From positions 806,001 through 870,000 of the forward strand of contig CAKKNE010000006.1 of NCBI GenBank assembly GCA_918797485.1: DNA of 64,000 bases, given 5' to 3'. Origin of the DNA: Pelagomonas calceolata. Taxonomy: Eukaryota. The notes beneath the pieces were generated by a model that was not told the origin of the DNA, made no database searches, and saw only the letters and a program-made list of their open reading frames with translations. Shown here one piece after another: positions 20,066 to 29,518 of the stretch. The first letter of the stretch is position 1. Every line of letters begins with the position of its first letter. The position numbers were made by a program, and so were the translations under genes.

Positions 20066-21955
20066 ATGTCGCCGGCATCCATACTACTGCTCAGTGTATG
20101 CTCCGTCGCCCTGACGCCGCCGCAGCGCCGCCCGCCAAAGCCGCCGGCCAAGCCGCCCGCGAGCAAGCAAAGGCGGCCACCAAACAATGTACCAAGAGCC
20201 CAGAAACCGAAAGTTACGGACGGATTAGCCCAACTGAGGAGCGACGCCCAGGCGGGACGCTGGCGCGAAGCATTGGCAACAATTACTACAGCTGAGGGCG
20301 CGATCGAGTCCGCAAGAGATGCGGGCGCGACCTTCTTCCCGCTGCCCGTGGAAGCCTATAATCTGGCCATCACGGCCTGCGGCAACGGTAGAAATCATGA
20401 AGAAGCTTTAGGCGTGTTGCGGAGGTTGACCATGGGTGTAAGTCCAGAAGAAGGGCCTGGAAGTGCCCAAGCGGCGAAGCGCCCGCGGCCCGACGCCGTG
20501 ACCTTCAACGCCGCCGCCGCGGCCTGCGCGAAGGCCGGCGACTATCAGAAGGCCGAGCAGGTTTTGAAACAAGCTAGAAGATTTAATAAATTGGACGCCA
20601 TCCTCTACACCTCCGTCATCAGTGCCTGTGGAAGGGCGGGCCAAACGAAAAAGGCCCTGGCGTATTTAGAGGCTTTACGGGAGGATTTAGGAAGGGGCGA
20701 CGTCGTCGCGTACACCGCGGCGGTCGATTCGTGCGCGCGGGCCGGCGACTGGTTGAATGCCGAACGAGTTTTGGGGCAGATGATTTTTGAAGACAAGGTC
20801 GTGCCCAATCTCAGAACTTATCGGGCGGCGTGCAAGGCCGCGGCGGCGGCGGGCGAGTTCGCGAAGTGCGAAGAACTGCTGGACGACGTCAAGGACGCCG
20901 TGCAAATAGCGCAAGGCGCGCGGTTCTGGGGTCCGAGGGACCACGCGGCCTGCTTCGAAGGCGTTTTGAAGGCGTGTCGAGGCAGAGGTGCTTGGAAAGA
21001 GGCTCGGAACGTCCTCGAGAGGTTAGAAAACGAAGTCACGGCCGGTAACAACGAGGACGACGTCGAGGCCGTGGAGCGGGCCGCGACGGCGTCCTACGTC
21101 GCTGCGATTGGTGCTTGTGCTCGCAACATCGACGACGACGCTCAGGTAAGGTGGTCGTGCGCCCGAGATCTTTTAGATCGCTTAGAAGCTAGATTGAAGG
21201 CGCCATCCAGGAAATCTAGATTGTGGAGGACGAAACGAGAGCGCAGACAGGCCTACACTTCTGCCATGGTCGTCGCGGGGCGGGCGGGAAAGGCCGACGA
21301 GGCTCTGAAACTCTTCGACGCCTTCGAAGCCGATAACCTCAAGCCGGACACGGCCTGCTACAACGCGGCATTAGCTGCGTGTAGACGATCTGATGTTGGT
21401 AAATATGCGGACTTTGCGAAACGATTGTGGCGGCGCTGCTGCGATGATGACGACGCACATCCTGATAGTCTCACAGCTGCCGAGGCCGTGGCTTGTCTCG
21501 AGAGAGCGGGAAGATGTTCCGATGCCGATCTTATTTTTGCGGAAGCGCTGGAGCTGGGCGTGCCACTGAAACAAGCGCGAAGCGCCGGCCCGCAGGGCGT
21601 CGCGAAGCGGTCCGTCGCGTGGCTGGACGAGAATTCGGAGTATGACGTCAGCGGTCTGTCCGTACCCCTCGTGAAGTGTGCGATTAGGAAAGCGTTGAAG
21701 GATGAAACGGCTTCCGACCACACGGCTGATTGTGTCTTCATCACGGGCGTTGGCGCGAAAAAGGCGAAGGACCCTTCGCATGTACCTCTTCGCGATAGCG
21801 TGCTGGAATTTCTCAAAGAATTTGATCCGCCCCTGAACGCGTTTGTCCCTAAAGATGCCCAGGGGACCGTCGTGGTCAAGCGGTCGTCGTTGCTGGATCG
21901 GCTCGATTATGATGATGAGGAGGAGTTCGTCCGGGGGGGTAAGCGGAGGAAGTAG
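20066..21955 (+). CDS. Pentatricopeptide repeat protein with C-terminal Smr-like domain, organelle-targeted
   Basis: YNLAITACG, TFNAAAAACAKAG, YTSVISACGRAG, YTAAVDSCARAG; DVSGLSV..VFITGVG; signal-like MSPASILLLSVCSVAL. Confidence 0.88.
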   Translation: MSPASILLLSVCSVALTPPQRRPPKPPAKPPASKQRRPPNNVPRAQKPKVTDGLAQLRSDAQAGRWREALATITTAEGAIESARDAGATFFPLPVEAYNLAITACGNGRNHEEALGVLRRLTMGVSPEEGPGSAQAAKRPRPDAVTFNAAAAACAKAGDYQKAEQVLKQARRFNKLDAILYTSVISACGRAGQTKKALAYLEALREDLGRGDVVAYTAAVDSCARAGDWLNAERVLGQMIFEDKVVPNLRTYRAACKAAAAAGEFAKCEELLDDVKDAVQIAQGARFWGPRDHAACFEGVLKACRGRGAWKEARNVLERLENEVTAGNNEDDVEAVERAATASYVAAIGACARNIDDDAQVRWSCARDLLDRLEARLKAPSRKSRLWRTKRERRQAYTSAMVVAGRAGKADEALKLFDAFEADNLKPDTACYNAALAACRRSDVGKYADFAKRLWRRCCDDDDAHPDSLTAAEAVACLERAGRCSDADLIFAEALELGVPLKQARSAGPQGVAKRSVAWLDENSEYDVSGLSVPLVKCAIRKALKDETASDHTADCVFITGVGAKKAKDPSHVPLRDSVLEFLKEFDPPLNAFVPKDAQGTVVVKRSSLLDRLDYDDEEEFVRGGKRRK

Positions 21956-22079
21956 TATTGTTGTCTTTTCGGCGATGGCGTGTTGGGGCTGAGGCTGAGG
22001 CTAGTTACGTCGCAGGGTTCCCCGTACCCCTCCCGCTCCCCCCGGGCCCACCCGTCCGGCTGGACCAGGACGCAAGGGC

Positions 22080-22106
22080 TTGCTAGTGTCTTTACAGGCC
22101 GCTAGC
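22080..22106 (-). promoter_or_regulatory. Recurrent upstream motif copy
   Basis: ttgctagtgtctttacaggccgctagc. Confidence 0.55.
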
Positions 22107-22416
22107 TGCACCCTATGTGTACGATTGACTGGGTACTTTTCCTCGCAGAGCAGTGCGCATCGTGGCATCCTTGTTTGTTCGTCTGCACTCGGCGTACGGG
22201 TCGCAACCCCAGAGGCCACTGCGGAAGGCGACGACATAAGTCGACTTCCTGGGCACAAACGCAGCCCTTGGCACACACAGGAGTGTCCGGGCACTCCATC
22301 GCTCGTACCTAGCCCACCGCGCAACTTCCGCGGCTCGGCGCGGGCGTCGCGCGCATCTCCATCTACTGGCAGAGGTCCCCTTACAAGCTCGTACGCACAT
22401 CAAGCGTCCACCGACG

Positions 22417-22896
22417 ATGGTCACCAGCGAGGAGCAGAAGCTCCGCAAAAAAAACAAGAAGCTCAAGCGCAAGTACAAGCAGAAGTACAAGCTCGCGCGC
22501 GGCGCGAGCCGCCAAGCCTCCAAGAAGAGCCGAGGCGAGGAGATTATTGCAAACTTCCAGAAAAGCGTACAAGATGCGCAGGACCGAAAGGCCGAGCAAC
22601 GGATTACGGATGCCGCCGACCTGGCGAGAGCGCGCTGCATGGCGAGGGACCGCGAGGCCGACTCCCGCGACAGCGAAGCCATGCGCCGCGGCGCCATCGA
22701 CGCGACCGAGTTTGCGAAGCGCGCCGAGGCGCGGCGCGAGCAGCGCCGCATCGAGCTCGATGCGGTGGACAAGACCAGAGACGCCGACCTGGCGGCGTTG
22801 CGGCGCTCGTTCCGTAAGCGCGACGGGGCAGTCAGCTCGGACTCGTCGAGCGACTCGTCGGGCGACTCTTCTGCCGAGTCTTCGGACGAGGAATGA
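22417..22896 (+). CDS. Hypothetical basic coiled-coil protein
   Basis: Lys-rich N-terminus, coiled-coil composition and Ser/Asp tail; ATG start. Confidence 0.55.
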   Translation: MVTSEEQKLRKKNKKLKRKYKQKYKLARGASRQASKKSRGEEIIANFQKSVQDAQDRKAEQRITDAADLARARCMARDREADSRDSEAMRRGAIDATEFAKRAEARREQRRIELDAVDKTRDADLAALRRSFRKRDGAVSSDSSSDSSGDSSAESSDEE

Positions 22897-23004
22897 ACCC
22901 CTCCCCGCGAGCTGAGCGTGTAAAACTTCCACTCAAAACGTGTCTGGGGACTCCTAGACGCCATCGCGGCGATGGCGTATGGCGGTTCCGTATCACAAGA
23001 CTAG

Positions 23005-24294
23005 TTAGTTCATGACGGGCGCCGCCGTCGGCGCCTCGATCAACCCGAGCGCTTCCAATAAACCTCGGTCCTCGATGGACGCCACGTCCAGGCCGACGTC
23101 GACGTCCGACAGAATTTCATCCTCGGACGGCGCCGCGCAGGCCCCGTCCCGACAGAGCGCGCCCTCGAAGTCCGGCACGAAGTAGCCGTACCGCCTGAGT
23201 CTATTCGCCTTCGCGCCCCACAAGTACGATTTGAGCTGGGCCCGGGCGCGCGGCCGCGCGATGTCGCGCAGAGCGACCGCGCCGGGCACGCACGCGTGGA
23301 CGCCGCCCGCCGTCGTGTCCTGTCTCAAAGACCCGGCCTTGGCGTCCGTGCGGCCGCCCTCAAGCCAGCAGGCCACATACGCTAAATTCGAGCGGGCCAA
23401 TCCCTTGAACGGGGCGAGTGAAACACGACGGCCGTCCACGATCCTCTCCAGTGATTTTGGGATGACGTCGGGTCGCAGGGAGCAGGCCTCGGCGTGCACA
23501 ATTGCGGCTTGTTTCAGGGAAGAGACGTCCGCCAGCATCTTGTCGACTAATTGGATCCACATCTCGATGCGCCGGTCGATGCCGTCGTCGGGATCTCTGA
23601 GGTACAGCGTCTTCTTGAAGTTCCAGCGGTTGTCGAGCCACTTCTCGATGGTCAGCGCCCAGGCCAGCGGGTGCCTCAACACGAACACGAAGCGCGCGTT
23701 CTGAGGAAAGAGCGCCTCGAGGAATAACCCTCTTACAAAGTTCTCCGGTGTCTTCTCCACGAGGACCGCCGACGACTGGTTCCAGTAGGGGTACCACTGG
23801 CGCCAGAGCTCCACGGCCTTTTGGGGAGACGCCTCCGCGCCGTCCAAGGACAGGCGATCAACAGCATGCACGGAGTCGCCCCAGTCCCGCAACATATAGG
23901 CGTAGGGGTACACGTCCTGCGCGAACTTTCCTTCCAATCCACCACTTTTTATCACGTCGTCAAGGTAGCGCCGCGTGACCCCGCGCCAGCGCCTCAACGC
24001 ATCGACGCGCGCCTCGGCCTCCTCCTTTCTTAAATTTGCGAAGAGCCACCGAAAGCTCTGGCCCGACGCGTCCGGCAGCGCCTCTAGTGCGGACGCGAGC
24101 GCCGTCGTGCCGCTGCGCTGGAGGCCGCCAACGAAGACCAGTAATCGATTGGGGTCGCGCGGCCGCAATCGCGTTACGGGAGCCGCAAGGTGCGGGTGCT
24201 CGTGGACTGTCGTCGCGAGGTGCTGGTGCGACGCAAGCATGCCGCCGGCCGCGAGCAGTGCGGCGGCCGCGAGGGTGTAGAGGGCCGCACTCAT
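23005..24294 (-). CDS. Membrane-anchored sulfotransferase (P-loop type)
   Basis: FVGGLQRSGTTAL PAPS loop, VEKTPEN, FVFVLRHP; hydrophobic N-terminus MSAALYTLAAAALL. Confidence 0.85.
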   Translation of the reverse strand: MSAALYTLAAAALLAAGGMLASHQHLATTVHEHPHLAAPVTRLRPRDPNRLLVFVGGLQRSGTTALASALEALPDASGQSFRWLFANLRKEEAEARVDALRRWRGVTRRYLDDVIKSGGLEGKFAQDVYPYAYMLRDWGDSVHAVDRLSLDGAEASPQKAVELWRQWYPYWNQSSAVLVEKTPENFVRGLFLEALFPQNARFVFVLRHPLAWALTIEKWLDNRWNFKKTLYLRDPDDGIDRRIEMWIQLVDKMLADVSSLKQAAIVHAEACSLRPDVIPKSLERIVDGRRVSLAPFKGLARSNLAYVACWLEGGRTDAKAGSLRQDTTAGGVHACVPGAVALRDIARPRARAQLKSYLWGAKANRLRRYGYFVPDFEGALCRDGACAAPSEDEILSDVDVGLDVASIEDRGLLEALGLIEAPTAAPVMN

Positions 24295-24492
24295 GATGGC
24301 GTCATGCCGCCTTGCATCGATGCGACCCCTGCCGTGCTGGATGGGCAGCCATGTGGCTGCGCTGTGCGTTTTTTGGGAGCATGCAATGCCAATTTTTTTC
24401 ATAGCGTGCGGGTTGTGCGAGCCGAGCGCAAGGCTCGTGTCCGGCGCCGGGGATGGCTCGCGAGGGATCGCGCACGGTTTGCCTCACGCTGC

Positions 24493-24517
24493 TTGCTAGT
24501 GTGTAACAGGACGCTAC
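24493..24517 (-). promoter_or_regulatory. Recurrent upstream motif copy (degenerate)
   Basis: ttgctagtgtgtaacaggacgctac. Confidence 0.45.
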
Positions 24518-24955
24518 TAATTTCTTGAGCTTTTCGACGCTTGGCTTGAGCACGCTACCGCACGCCGGGCCACCGCGTGCCTCTGACGGTTTCCCACAGT
24601 GGTCTGCAAATACCGGGCCGAGTTTTAGGCAACCGCGGCGGATATCTGAGATTATATCTCTGTGCAAGCCTTGAAGCCAAAGCAACAACGAGCGACGGAC
24701 GCGGTCAACGCGGCCGTCGCGGGGTCGGTCGTACCTGCTGCTAGGGTAAATGGTAAAGCTGGTGAGTAGGAAATGCAGTGTTTTTGCGGCGCTGATGCAG
24801 CGCCGCGTTAAAAAATCAAATACGACCGTCGCGTGGGGTCACGTAGATTTGTTGTCAACGAACAAAACCGCCTGTCGGCCGTCGAGGCGGGCGATTTTTT
24901 GGGCGCAATGGCCGATGCTATTTTGCTGTGTTTAGCGTGCGGGGCAACGGAAACA

Positions 24956-25390
24956 CTACTCCCCCGCCTTACGCTTCTTCGACGCCGTCTCAACAGCCGT
25001 CGGGTCCACCCTCTGATACGCGAAGGCCTCGCGCCGCGGCGCCGGCCGCGCGGGCGTGGCCGCCGGCACGCCCGGCACGTCGACGCCCCAGCGCCCCTCC
25101 AGACACAGCTGGGCGTCGACGGCCGACACCTCCGCGTCCTCGCCCTCCCTGTGCAGGGCGTGGTCCGCGGCGCGCTCCGCCACCCTATCCGCGAACGCAT
25201 CCAGCGCCCGCAACAGCAGCGCTTCCGCGTCGTCGTCCAGCGCGTAGGCCGCGTCGCGCGCCGCGACGGCCTTTCTCAACTTCCGGCGCGCGCCGTCGTT
25301 CTCCTCGAGCGCGCCCTGCGCTGCCTTCTCGGCGGCGACTTTTGTTTTGAGGCTCTGCATGTTGCCTATCCTTTTGCCGCGGCTCGCCAT
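24956..25390 (-). CDS. Hypothetical protein, possible TAF12-like histone fold
   Basis: YALDDDAEALLLRALDAFADRVAERAADHALHREGEDAEVSAVDAQLCLEGRWGVDVPG resembles the TAF12 histone-fold pattern. Confidence 0.6.
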   Translation of the reverse strand: MASRGKRIGNMQSLKTKVAAEKAAQGALEENDGARRKLRKAVAARDAAYALDDDAEALLLRALDAFADRVAERAADHALHREGEDAEVSAVDAQLCLEGRWGVDVPGVPAATPARPAPRREAFAYQRVDPTAVETASKKRKAGE

Positions 25391-25637
25391 GGTCTCCGGT
25401 GAGTGCTCCGGCGTCTGTAATGTGGCGCGGCGACGGCGTATGTGATGCGCCGGCGACGGCGTCTTGTGCAGCTAGTCCAGCTGTGTGCAGCAGCTAGCGC
25501 AGACGGGTGCAGCGCGGCAGATCGTCAAGTTGCGTTACGAGACAGCGCGGATGGAACCAATAAAGCAACGCTGCGCTGCTTCTAGCCCACGGAGACAGAG
25601 ACGGCCGGCGCAAAGTTAATGCGGGGAGGGCGAGGAG

Positions 25638-25668
25638 GCTAGCGGCATGTAAGACACTAGCAAGCAAA
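25638..25668 (+). promoter_or_regulatory. Recurrent upstream motif copy
   Basis: gctagcggcatgtaagacactagcaagcaaa. Confidence 0.6.
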
Positions 25669-25948
25669 CTCGGAACGCTCATGCAGCCGTTTGAGCATCG
25701 TTCAGTTCGCTAATGGTCCAAAGAGACCAATAGGACACGTACTGGGGGCCGAAAAAAATAAATTTTTTAATTCGCGATATTGACGACGCCACCATGGCGG
25801 GCGCGTCGGTGGAATCCTGTCAATTCGTGGTCCTGAGGTGTCCCCGAGAGCGCCTAGGGTCGGGAAAATACATGTGCAATCGCCTACGCGGCCTACGCCG
25901 CCGCTTCTAGAGTAAGATACATCTCCCATGGTCCTTTGCGCTCTACCT

Positions 25949-26251
25949 CTATTGGCCAACGAGGGTCGCCGCGTAGTTGCTGGCCGCTCGGAGAGTGTCT
26001 TCATGTTCTTCGCCGTTGAGCTTCAAACGTCCAGAGTACACGTCTTGAAAAGAATTTGCGGCCTGTTCAAACCGTCCAAGTCTGTAATATGAGGCCGCAA
26101 GATTGTTCTGTGTGGCGAGAGTGTTCTCTGCTGAAGCGCCTAGGCGCTTCATCATAGACAATTCCGCCTCTCCCACGGACAACGCGTCCTCGTAGTGTTT
26201 GGCAGCGTCTAAACCGTTCCCAAGCACGTTCATCGCCAGGCGCCGAGACAT
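25949..26251 (-). pseudogene. Truncated TPR (kinesin-light-chain-like) repeat fragment
   Basis: TLATQNNLAASYYRLGRFEQA..RLKLNGEEHEDTLRAASNYAATL, followed by an abrupt stop. Confidence 0.65.
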
Positions 26252-26446
26252 GTCCGTCTCCGGCCGGCCTACGTACGTCTTCCAGGTACAACGGGATCAT
26301 ACAGCAGGAACTTGAATCACTTGGGCGCCGGGGTGTGATTATTTATTTAGCGCGATAAGCCGTGACTTCTGAAATGACAGGGCGTCTCGCCTTGGTCGTT
26401 ATTGGTCGTATCGCAAAGGTAAACAAAAGGTAAATAAAGTGGGCGG

Positions 26447-26472
26447 GCTAGCGGCATGTAAGACACTAGCAA
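26447..26472 (+). promoter_or_regulatory. Recurrent upstream motif copy
   Basis: gctagcggcatgtaagacactagcaa, identical to the 25638 copy over 26 nt. Confidence 0.6.
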
Positions 26473-26648
26473 AAAATTAGCCTGAGCCTGTTTCCCTTTG
26501 CTTAAAGTTTGGCGGCGGCCTACCCACGGAGCCGACGCCTCTCCGCGTAACCGCGCGCCCGTCCCGACCCCGACCCTCATACGCCGTCGCCTTCCTCGAG
26601 CAGCGGTGGCGGTGGGGGCAGGTAAAAACAGCACAAACTTACACAATA

Positions 26649-27224
26649 TCAATTCCGCTCGCCGACAGCGTGCCGCGGCGCGGCCCGCGTCCGCCCCGCG
26701 GCCCTGGCCGCGCGGTACGCGTCGTCCCACGGCGCCGGCGGCTCGAGGCGTCCCGTCGCCGGGTTCACCCAGCAGCCCTCCACGAGCGTCTCGTCGCGCC
26801 GCGGCGCGCGGCCGCCGCCCGCCGCGAAGGCGTACACCGCCGCCGCGCCGAGCGCCAGGAGGACGGCGCCCGGGCCGAAGAGCCGCTCCAAGGACGTGAC
26901 GGGCGCCGCGGTCCCGGCGTTCGCGCGCGCGCGCGCCCGGCTCGCCGCCGCCGCGTCGCCCTCCCAGGCGGGTTTGTGCGCCTCGTCGTGGAGCGCTCGC
27001 TTCGCTTTGTCTCCGATGATTTCCCAGGCATCGGCGATGGCCCGGAAGCGCGTCGCGTCGCCGCTCCGGTCGGGGTGGTGCTGCTTGGCGAGGCGGAGGT
27101 ACGCCTCCTTCGCCTCGGCTCGTGTTGCTGTTGGAGGTACGCCGAGCGTGTCGTACGGGCAGCTGCCGAGGCGCCGCCGCGATGCTCGCCGGAGGTGGTG
27201 GACGAGGGGGCGTGCGCCCAGCAT
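26649..27224 (-). CDS. DnaJ-domain protein, probably mitochondrial, one TM segment
   Basis: PYDTLGV..KEAYLRLAKQHHPDR..FRAIADAWEIIGD; Arg-rich presequence. Confidence 0.88.
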   Translation of the reverse strand: MLGARPLVHHLRRASRRRLGSCPYDTLGVPPTATRAEAKEAYLRLAKQHHPDRSGDATRFRAIADAWEIIGDKAKRALHDEAHKPAWEGDAAAASRARARANAGTAAPVTSLERLFGPGAVLLALGAAAVYAFAAGGGRAPRRDETLVEGCWVNPATGRLEPPAPWDDAYRAARAAGRTRAAPRHAVGERN

Positions 27225-27375
27225 GTGTGCAGATGTCTAAGCCAGGCTGTGCTGCAGCGCACTTAGCTAAAAAGCCTCGGTAGCAAGTAATCGATCGAAA
27301 GAATGAATTCTATCACAATAACGCTACCCTTGCGGCGCGAGACAGCGGCCTGCGCAGGCGTGTGCGGCAACCAGG

Positions 27376-27401
27376 TTGCTAGTGCCTTACAGCACGCTAG
27401 C
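27376..27401 (-). promoter_or_regulatory. Recurrent upstream motif copy (DnaJ/acyltransferase divergent gap)
   Basis: ttgctagtgccttacagcacgctagc. Confidence 0.55.
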
Positions 27402-27588
27402 CTCGCATCTTCGCGTTTTTGCCTTTTTCACATCAACGCGAGCCAGTGGCGCTTGCGTGCGCGTTGAAGTGCTCTCGCAGCAGTTTCAGCGAGCCGTCGT
27501 CAGCCAAGAGCGCTGCGCGTCGGCCGCGCAGCACGAGAGCCCACACGCTGCGCCGCCGCCGGCCGCACAGCAGCCAAGCCCTGCAAAC

Positions 27589-28332
27589 ATGGCCCCGCGC
27601 CGCTATACCGGCCCTCTGGCGGCCTTCTGGATCTTTTTACTGGTGGCCTGGGGCCTCAACGCCACGGCCATATCGATGGGCATCAGGACGCTGCTCAGTC
27701 GACTCGGCCTCTGCAAAGCACCGACGCACATGGAGTTTTTACAAGCACTGATGGCCTTCCTACAACCAGTGATTGTGGAGCGGGGCCAGCCGCCGTCCGA
27801 CGAGGGCTGCATTGTGCTCTGCAACCACGTGAACTGGGCTGATTTCGTCCTGGACATTGTGTTTCTACCAAGAGGTGTTTTTGTGTCGAGGAATGCGTTA
27901 TATGTCGTCTTCTGGCCGGCTTCTTTCCTAAGAGACTGGATGTTTAGCGACATGATCTTCTTCAAGCGGTCCAAGACCGTCAACAGTAAAGCGAAGCAGG
28001 ACCTCTACGATAGGGTAGCGCAGAAGTGCCAAGATGGAAGGCACGTCATTGTGTATGCGGAGGGCACGCGGAACAACACGGGCGTCCAGAAACCGCTCAA
28101 GGTCGGTCTGATCAAGCTCGCCTACGAACGAAATATACCTTTATATGTCTCGATGGTCGCGAACAAGGAGGCTATTGTGGATGAGAAGCGCCTCTCCGTG
28201 ACCTTCGGCGCCGAGGTGCGCAACGCCATGAGCGGTCTCGTGCGGCCGGGCGACCACGCGGACTTCGCCTCCTTCCTGCAAGCGGCGCAGGGCGCCTGGG
28301 ACGGCGTCTGGGCGCGGACGCATAAGAGCTAG
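27589..28332 (+). CDS. Lysophospholipid acyltransferase (PlsC/LPAT family)
   Basis: NHVNWAD (HX4D), IFFKR, YAEGTR, KVGLIKLAY. Confidence 0.88.
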   Translation: MAPRRYTGPLAAFWIFLLVAWGLNATAISMGIRTLLSRLGLCKAPTHMEFLQALMAFLQPVIVERGQPPSDEGCIVLCNHVNWADFVLDIVFLPRGVFVSRNALYVVFWPASFLRDWMFSDMIFFKRSKTVNSKAKQDLYDRVAQKCQDGRHVIVYAEGTRNNTGVQKPLKVGLIKLAYERNIPLYVSMVANKEAIVDEKRLSVTFGAEVRNAMSGLVRPGDHADFASFLQAAQGAWDGVWARTHKS

Positions 28333-28544
28333 GAAGAATCGTCTCTGTTTTTCTTCTCTATCGTCGGGGCGTAACGAACCCGTACGAAAGCTCACTCGAA
28401 CACTCGGCGCAAGGGCAGCCCGCACATCGATGCCGCAGGCAGGCCGATTGGGGCATAATTTGCACTACACTAACCAAATCTAAGCGTACGCCATCGATGC
28501 GCCGCGGAGCTTGAGTAAAAGACACGTTCAGACAGGCACAATAA

Positions 28545-29387
28545 ATGCCAGCCGCCGGCGCCCTCGTGCTGCAGGCCGTCGGGCTGGCATCTTTAAGGGA
28601 GGCCGAGCGCGCCGCAGCATCGATACAAGCGGTGCAGCCCGACCTCGAACACATTGTCATAGGGGACGCGGAGACGCTGCGCCGGGCGACGGCCACCTTC
28701 CAACGAAAAATCGACGTCGAGGAGGGCCTAGACGCCACGATCCGGGCGGCGCTGCGCCGCGCGGCCCGCGTATCAACAGGCTGCCGGCGGCGGAGCGGCT
28801 GCGCCGACGAGTTAGTAAGGGCGCTCCGCGTGGCGCGCATCGCTCATCTGCGGCGCCTCCTTACGGAATATGATTACGTGGTTTCGATGGATGCGGACAG
28901 CCTCGCGTGCCAAAAGCCGGACTTTGCCTTAAAGGGCGCCTGGGACGTGGCGCTCCGGCCCGTGCCCGTGGCCGTCCGCAAGGGGCCCGCGCGGGACCTG
29001 CCGCCCTACCCGCCCGAGTTCAGCGGCGCGCTCCTCATCTTGCGCAACACGACGGCGACGCAGAACTTGCTGGAAACGTGGGCGGCGCTCTACGCTTCCT
29101 ACAACGACGGGAAGCACCCGACTTCGGACCAGCCGCTCCTCCGCGTCGCGCTGCGCGCCGCGGGCGCGCGCGTGCGCTACCTGCCCGTGCGCTACGGCTG
29201 CGCGGTCTGGTCCGCCTCTGCTCAGTCCTGCCCCGCGTACACGGGCGCGATGAAGCGCGCGGTCGCGGGGCCGGCGCGCGCGGTCCGCCGCGACAAGCTC
29301 GGGGGGCCGAACGCGGCGCTCTGGCGGGCGCACGAGCGGGCCCTAAACCGGGAGCCGTGCGTGCTGCTGCACGGGCTCCACGGCTGA
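28545..29387 (+). CDS. GT-A fold glycosyltransferase-like protein
   Basis: YDYVVSMDAD (DxD), EFSGALLILR, SDQPLLR, LPVRY, VLLH. Confidence 0.65.
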   Translation: MPAAGALVLQAVGLASLREAERAAASIQAVQPDLEHIVIGDAETLRRATATFQRKIDVEEGLDATIRAALRRAARVSTGCRRRSGCADELVRALRVARIAHLRRLLTEYDYVVSMDADSLACQKPDFALKGAWDVALRPVPVAVRKGPARDLPPYPPEFSGALLILRNTTATQNLLETWAALYASYNDGKHPTSDQPLLRVALRAAGARVRYLPVRYGCAVWSASAQSCPAYTGAMKRAVAGPARAVRRDKLGGPNAALWRAHERALNREPCVLLHGLHG

Positions 29388-29518
29388 GGTGTGTGTGTGT
29401 TAATTTTGTTGAATTGCTTAACCTCGGGACTCGGACCGGGACCGAGGTCCGAGTCGCCCTGCCCGCCCGAGTAGCCCCCATGCGCCGTCGCCCCGAGTGT
29501 GAGCTGTTACAAACACTT

